The notes below the pieces were generated by a model. That model ran no database searches. It was not told the DNA's origin and saw only the letters and a list, made by a program, of their open reading frames with translations. From Deltaproteobacteria bacterium TMED58 (GTDB taxonomy: Bacteria; Desulfobacterota_D; UBA1144): a DNA stretch of 64,000 nucleotides. The stretch covers positions 131,392 through 195,391 of the forward strand of contig NHDL02000001.1 of NCBI GenBank assembly GCA_002167555.2, read 5' to 3'. Shown here one piece after another: positions 61,876-64,000 of the stretch. A program made the position numbers and the translations under genes. Position 1 is the first letter of the stretch; each line of letters begins with the position of its first letter.

Positions 61876-62805
61876 ATGATATATTATTTTTCTATGGATA
61901 ATTCTAATTTTGAGATAATTAGTTTTTATAAGTTTATCAACTTAAAATTTACAAATAAATTAAAAGATGAGCTTTATGTAATTTGCAAGAAAAATTCTAT
62001 TCTAGGAACAGTAATTCTTTCAAAAGAGGGAGTAAATGGGATGTTGGCAGGCTCTAAAGATTCTATTGAATTGATAACTAGTTTTTTTATCAAACACGGT
62101 GTTTTGATTGATGATTTTAAGTTTTCAAGCTCAGTAACTAAGCCTTTTCATAGGTTGAGAATAAAAATAAAAAAGGAAATTATTAGTCTCGGTCACCCCG
62201 AGCTATCTAATCCAAATGAACTGGTTGGGAAGTACGTTGAACCCGAGGATTGGAATAAATTAATTGAGGAAGAAAATGTTGTTCTAATTGATACTAGAAA
62301 TAAGTATGAAACCTCTATTGGAACATTTAAAAATGCAATCGTACCACCTTTGAGAAATTTTAAAGAATTTCCTAACTTTATTAAAAAAAATGATCTTAAT
62401 AAAAATTCTAAAATCGCTATGTTCTGTACTGGTGGAATAAGATGTGAGAAAGCTAGCTCATATTTACTGAAGTCAGGTTTTAAGGAAGTCTTACATTTGC
62501 ATGGAGGAATAATAAAATATTTGGAAACAGTTCCCTCAGAAGACTCTAAGTGGGAAGGTGAATGTTTTGTCTTTGATAATAGAGTTTCGGTAGAACAAAA
62601 TCTTAAACAAGGTACCTACTTAAACTGTAATGGGTGTGGTGAACCTCTTAAAAAAGAAGAGGTTTTAAGCCCAAAATATAGAAAAGGAGTTTCATGTCCT
62701 AAATGTTATAATAGTTTGACAAAAAAGAAAATACAAAAATCATCAGAAAGACAAAAACAAATTGAATTATCAAAATTAAGGGGAGAGGTACATATAGGTG
62801 AGTAG
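61876..62805 (+). CDS. trhO: rhodanese-domain tRNA uridine(34) hydroxylase (UPF0176/YceA family)
   Basis: 309 aa. ISFYKF N-terminal motif. Rhodanese active-site loop FCTGGIRCEKAS. C-terminal Cys-rich CNGC...CPKC. The true start may be ATG 61894 (MDNSNF). Confidence 0.85.
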   Translation: MIYYFSMDNSNFEIISFYKFINLKFTNKLKDELYVICKKNSILGTVILSKEGVNGMLAGSKDSIELITSFFIKHGVLIDDFKFSSSVTKPFHRLRIKIKKEIISLGHPELSNPNELVGKYVEPEDWNKLIEEENVVLIDTRNKYETSIGTFKNAIVPPLRNFKEFPNFIKKNDLNKNSKIAMFCTGGIRCEKASSYLLKSGFKEVLHLHGGIIKYLETVPSEDSKWEGECFVFDNRVSVEQNLKQGTYLNCNGCGEPLKKEEVLSPKYRKGVSCPKCYNSLTKKKIQKSSERQKQIELSKLRGEVHIGE

Positions 62806-63292
62806 GTTATTAATCTTTTTGATTTCCATATTCTTTTTTTCCTGTGATTCTAACGAACAAGTATATCAGGCACAAGGAGAATTTATAAACTCTAATAATA
62901 TCAAAATAGGGACAGTTGAAATAGTTCAACAAGGGAGTGGGTCAAATTTTAGAATACATCTCGATACTCTCCTCCCAGGCTACTATGCAATGCATATTCA
63001 TAAAAATGGCAAATGTGAATCACCAGAATTCTTAAGTGCGGGTGATCATCATGGATTAAAGCCTAACGGCTCATTCTCTGGAGACTTTAAACCTATTCAT
63101 GTTAAAAATGAAGTTAGCAAATATACTGGTAAGCTCAAAAAGTTTAGCCAAATAATCTTCTTAAAGGATATCTATCTGAATCCCGATTTAGAATCTACCA
63201 TTATGGATAAAGATGGTTCTGCTATTATTATTCATGAAAATGAAAATGGTGGTAAACGGATTGCTTGCGCTAATATTGTAAAAAAGTCTTAA
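62798..63292 (+). CDS. Cu,Zn-superoxide-dismutase-like lipoprotein with degenerate Zn-site loop
   Basis: 164 aa, GTG start. Lipobox-like FFFSC. SodC blocks AMHIHKNGKC, SAGDHHG, SGDFKPI and AIIIHENENGGKRIACANI. Confidence 0.65.
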   Translation: MSRLLIFLISIFFFSCDSNEQVYQAQGEFINSNNIKIGTVEIVQQGSGSNFRIHLDTLLPGYYAMHIHKNGKCESPEFLSAGDHHGLKPNGSFSGDFKPIHVKNEVSKYTGKLKKFSQIIFLKDIYLNPDLESTIMDKDGSAIIIHENENGGKRIACANIVKKS

Positions 63293-63525
63293 GGTAGTTT
63301 TCCCTCTTCATTTAACTTGTTTAAATCATCAAATCCCCCAATAAACTCATCATTTATTATTATCATTGGGACAGTTCTCCAATTGTATTTTGTTGAAACT
63401 TCAAGCCTCTTTTCTAAATCTGTACTCAAGTCAATTTCTGTATATTCTAGATTTTTACTAGATAAAAGATTCTTGGCTGATACACAAAAGGGACACAATT
63501 TAGTTGTATAAATTATAATTTCCAT
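63289..63525 (-). CDS. grxC: glutaredoxin
   Basis: MEIIIYTTKLCPFCVSAKNLL with a CPFC active site. TVPMIIINDEFIGGFDDL. ATG 63525 follows AGGAGG. The tracked ORF extends to 63579 through the upstream gene's end. Confidence 0.9.
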   Translation of the reverse strand: MEIIIYTTKLCPFCVSAKNLLSSKNLEYTEIDLSTDLEKRLEVSTKYNWRTVPMIIINDEFIGGFDDLNKLNEEGKLP

Positions 63526-63526
63526 A

Positions 63527-63934
63527 TTAGTACCTCCTATAAATAATTGCGATAGATAAATAAAAAATAAAAAATGCAATTAAGTCTTGTACAAGATATA
63601 GCTGAATATAATTTAACCTATTTAAGTCAAAAGAGAATAAAAGAATTAATATGTATAACATAAAGATAGTTAGAGCGACTATTATTCCCGTTAAAAATCT
63701 AGGGGTTGGAATTTTTTTAGAGAGTATGTGATACAGGTAACCAAAAATAATACCTGCCATATATAGGGTAATTTTTGGATTAAATGAGTAGCTAGTTAGT
63801 TTATAGATTAATCCTTGAGAATAATAAGAAATATCTACTGACTCAAATGGATAAGCGGCATTCATATAATAAGTATCTACAAGAAAAACCCCTAAAAAAG
63901 TTGATAGATAAAAAGATAACCTTAAAGGAATCAT
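63527..63934 (-). CDS. hypothetical polytopic membrane protein
   Basis: 135-aa hydrophobic ORF ending 1 nt before the grxC start. No family recognised. Confidence 0.45.
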   Translation of the reverse strand: MIPLRLSFYLSTFLGVFLVDTYYMNAAYPFESVDISYYSQGLIYKLTSYSFNPKITLYMAGIIFGYLYHILSKKIPTPRFLTGIIVALTIFMLYILILLFSFDLNRLNYIQLYLVQDLIAFFIFYLSIAIIYRRY

Positions 63935-64000
63935 AATAGATTATACGGGATTGGATTTTAAAAGAAATTAGAAAATGACCAGATAAAGTTTATCTCTTCC

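Overview
Visibly AT-rich (not computed), very gene-dense chromosomal segment. Most genes abut or overlap by 1-28 nt. It comes from a streamlined Gram-negative-type bacterium: TonB, LspA, HtrA/DegP and a PpiD-like chaperone are present, Shine-Dalgarno sites are used, and TGA is a stop. The style suggests a planktonic or marine lineage, but the phylum cannot be resolved by eye. I call about 60 protein genes, almost all housekeeping.

Main gene content:
- Aromatic and queuosine genes: queA (partial), aroC, aroK, queG.
- prfB, which needs the classical +1 programmed frameshift that the ORF track misses.
- nadK, fmt, htrA.
- Thiamin genes: thiO-thiS-thiG, thiD, thiC.
- smc, secA.
- Pterin/folate genes: PCD, folK, folD.
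- gltB, tsaD, carB, greA, lspA, ribE.
- A tpx-DUF59-bcp redox block, followed by bioD.
- A complete Alternative Complex III operon, actABCDEF, plus an untracked 49-aa membrane ORF. purM follows.
- A TonB-family protein.
- An acyl-CoA dehydrogenase / CitE-type acyl-CoA lyase / Ecm-like B12 mutase operon.
- A cyclophilin and a few orphan genes.
- An assimilatory sulfate reduction operon: cysI-cysD-cysN-PiT permease-cysH.
- trhO, a SodC-like lipoprotein and grxC.

I saw no rRNA, tRNA, CRISPR array, transposase, integrase, phage or recognisable defence genes. This looks like core genome, not an accessory island.

Items most worth a second look:
1. A thiolase-like/DUF35 fusion whose nucleophilic Cys position reads Ser.
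2. The only two sizeable non-coding gaps. One is a 131-nt convergent gap with a promoter-like box, a three-way-junction fold and a U9 tract. The other is a ~360-nt structured gap upstream of the cys operon.
3. ACIII oddities: a small translationally coupled ORF, a His-rich ActB linker and an ActD repeat tail.
4. The partial ethylmalonyl-CoA-pathway-like operon.
5. Thiamin genes with no TPP riboswitch.

I found no convincing wholly new multi-gene system. All calls rest on motif recognition by eye, and no database search was possible.
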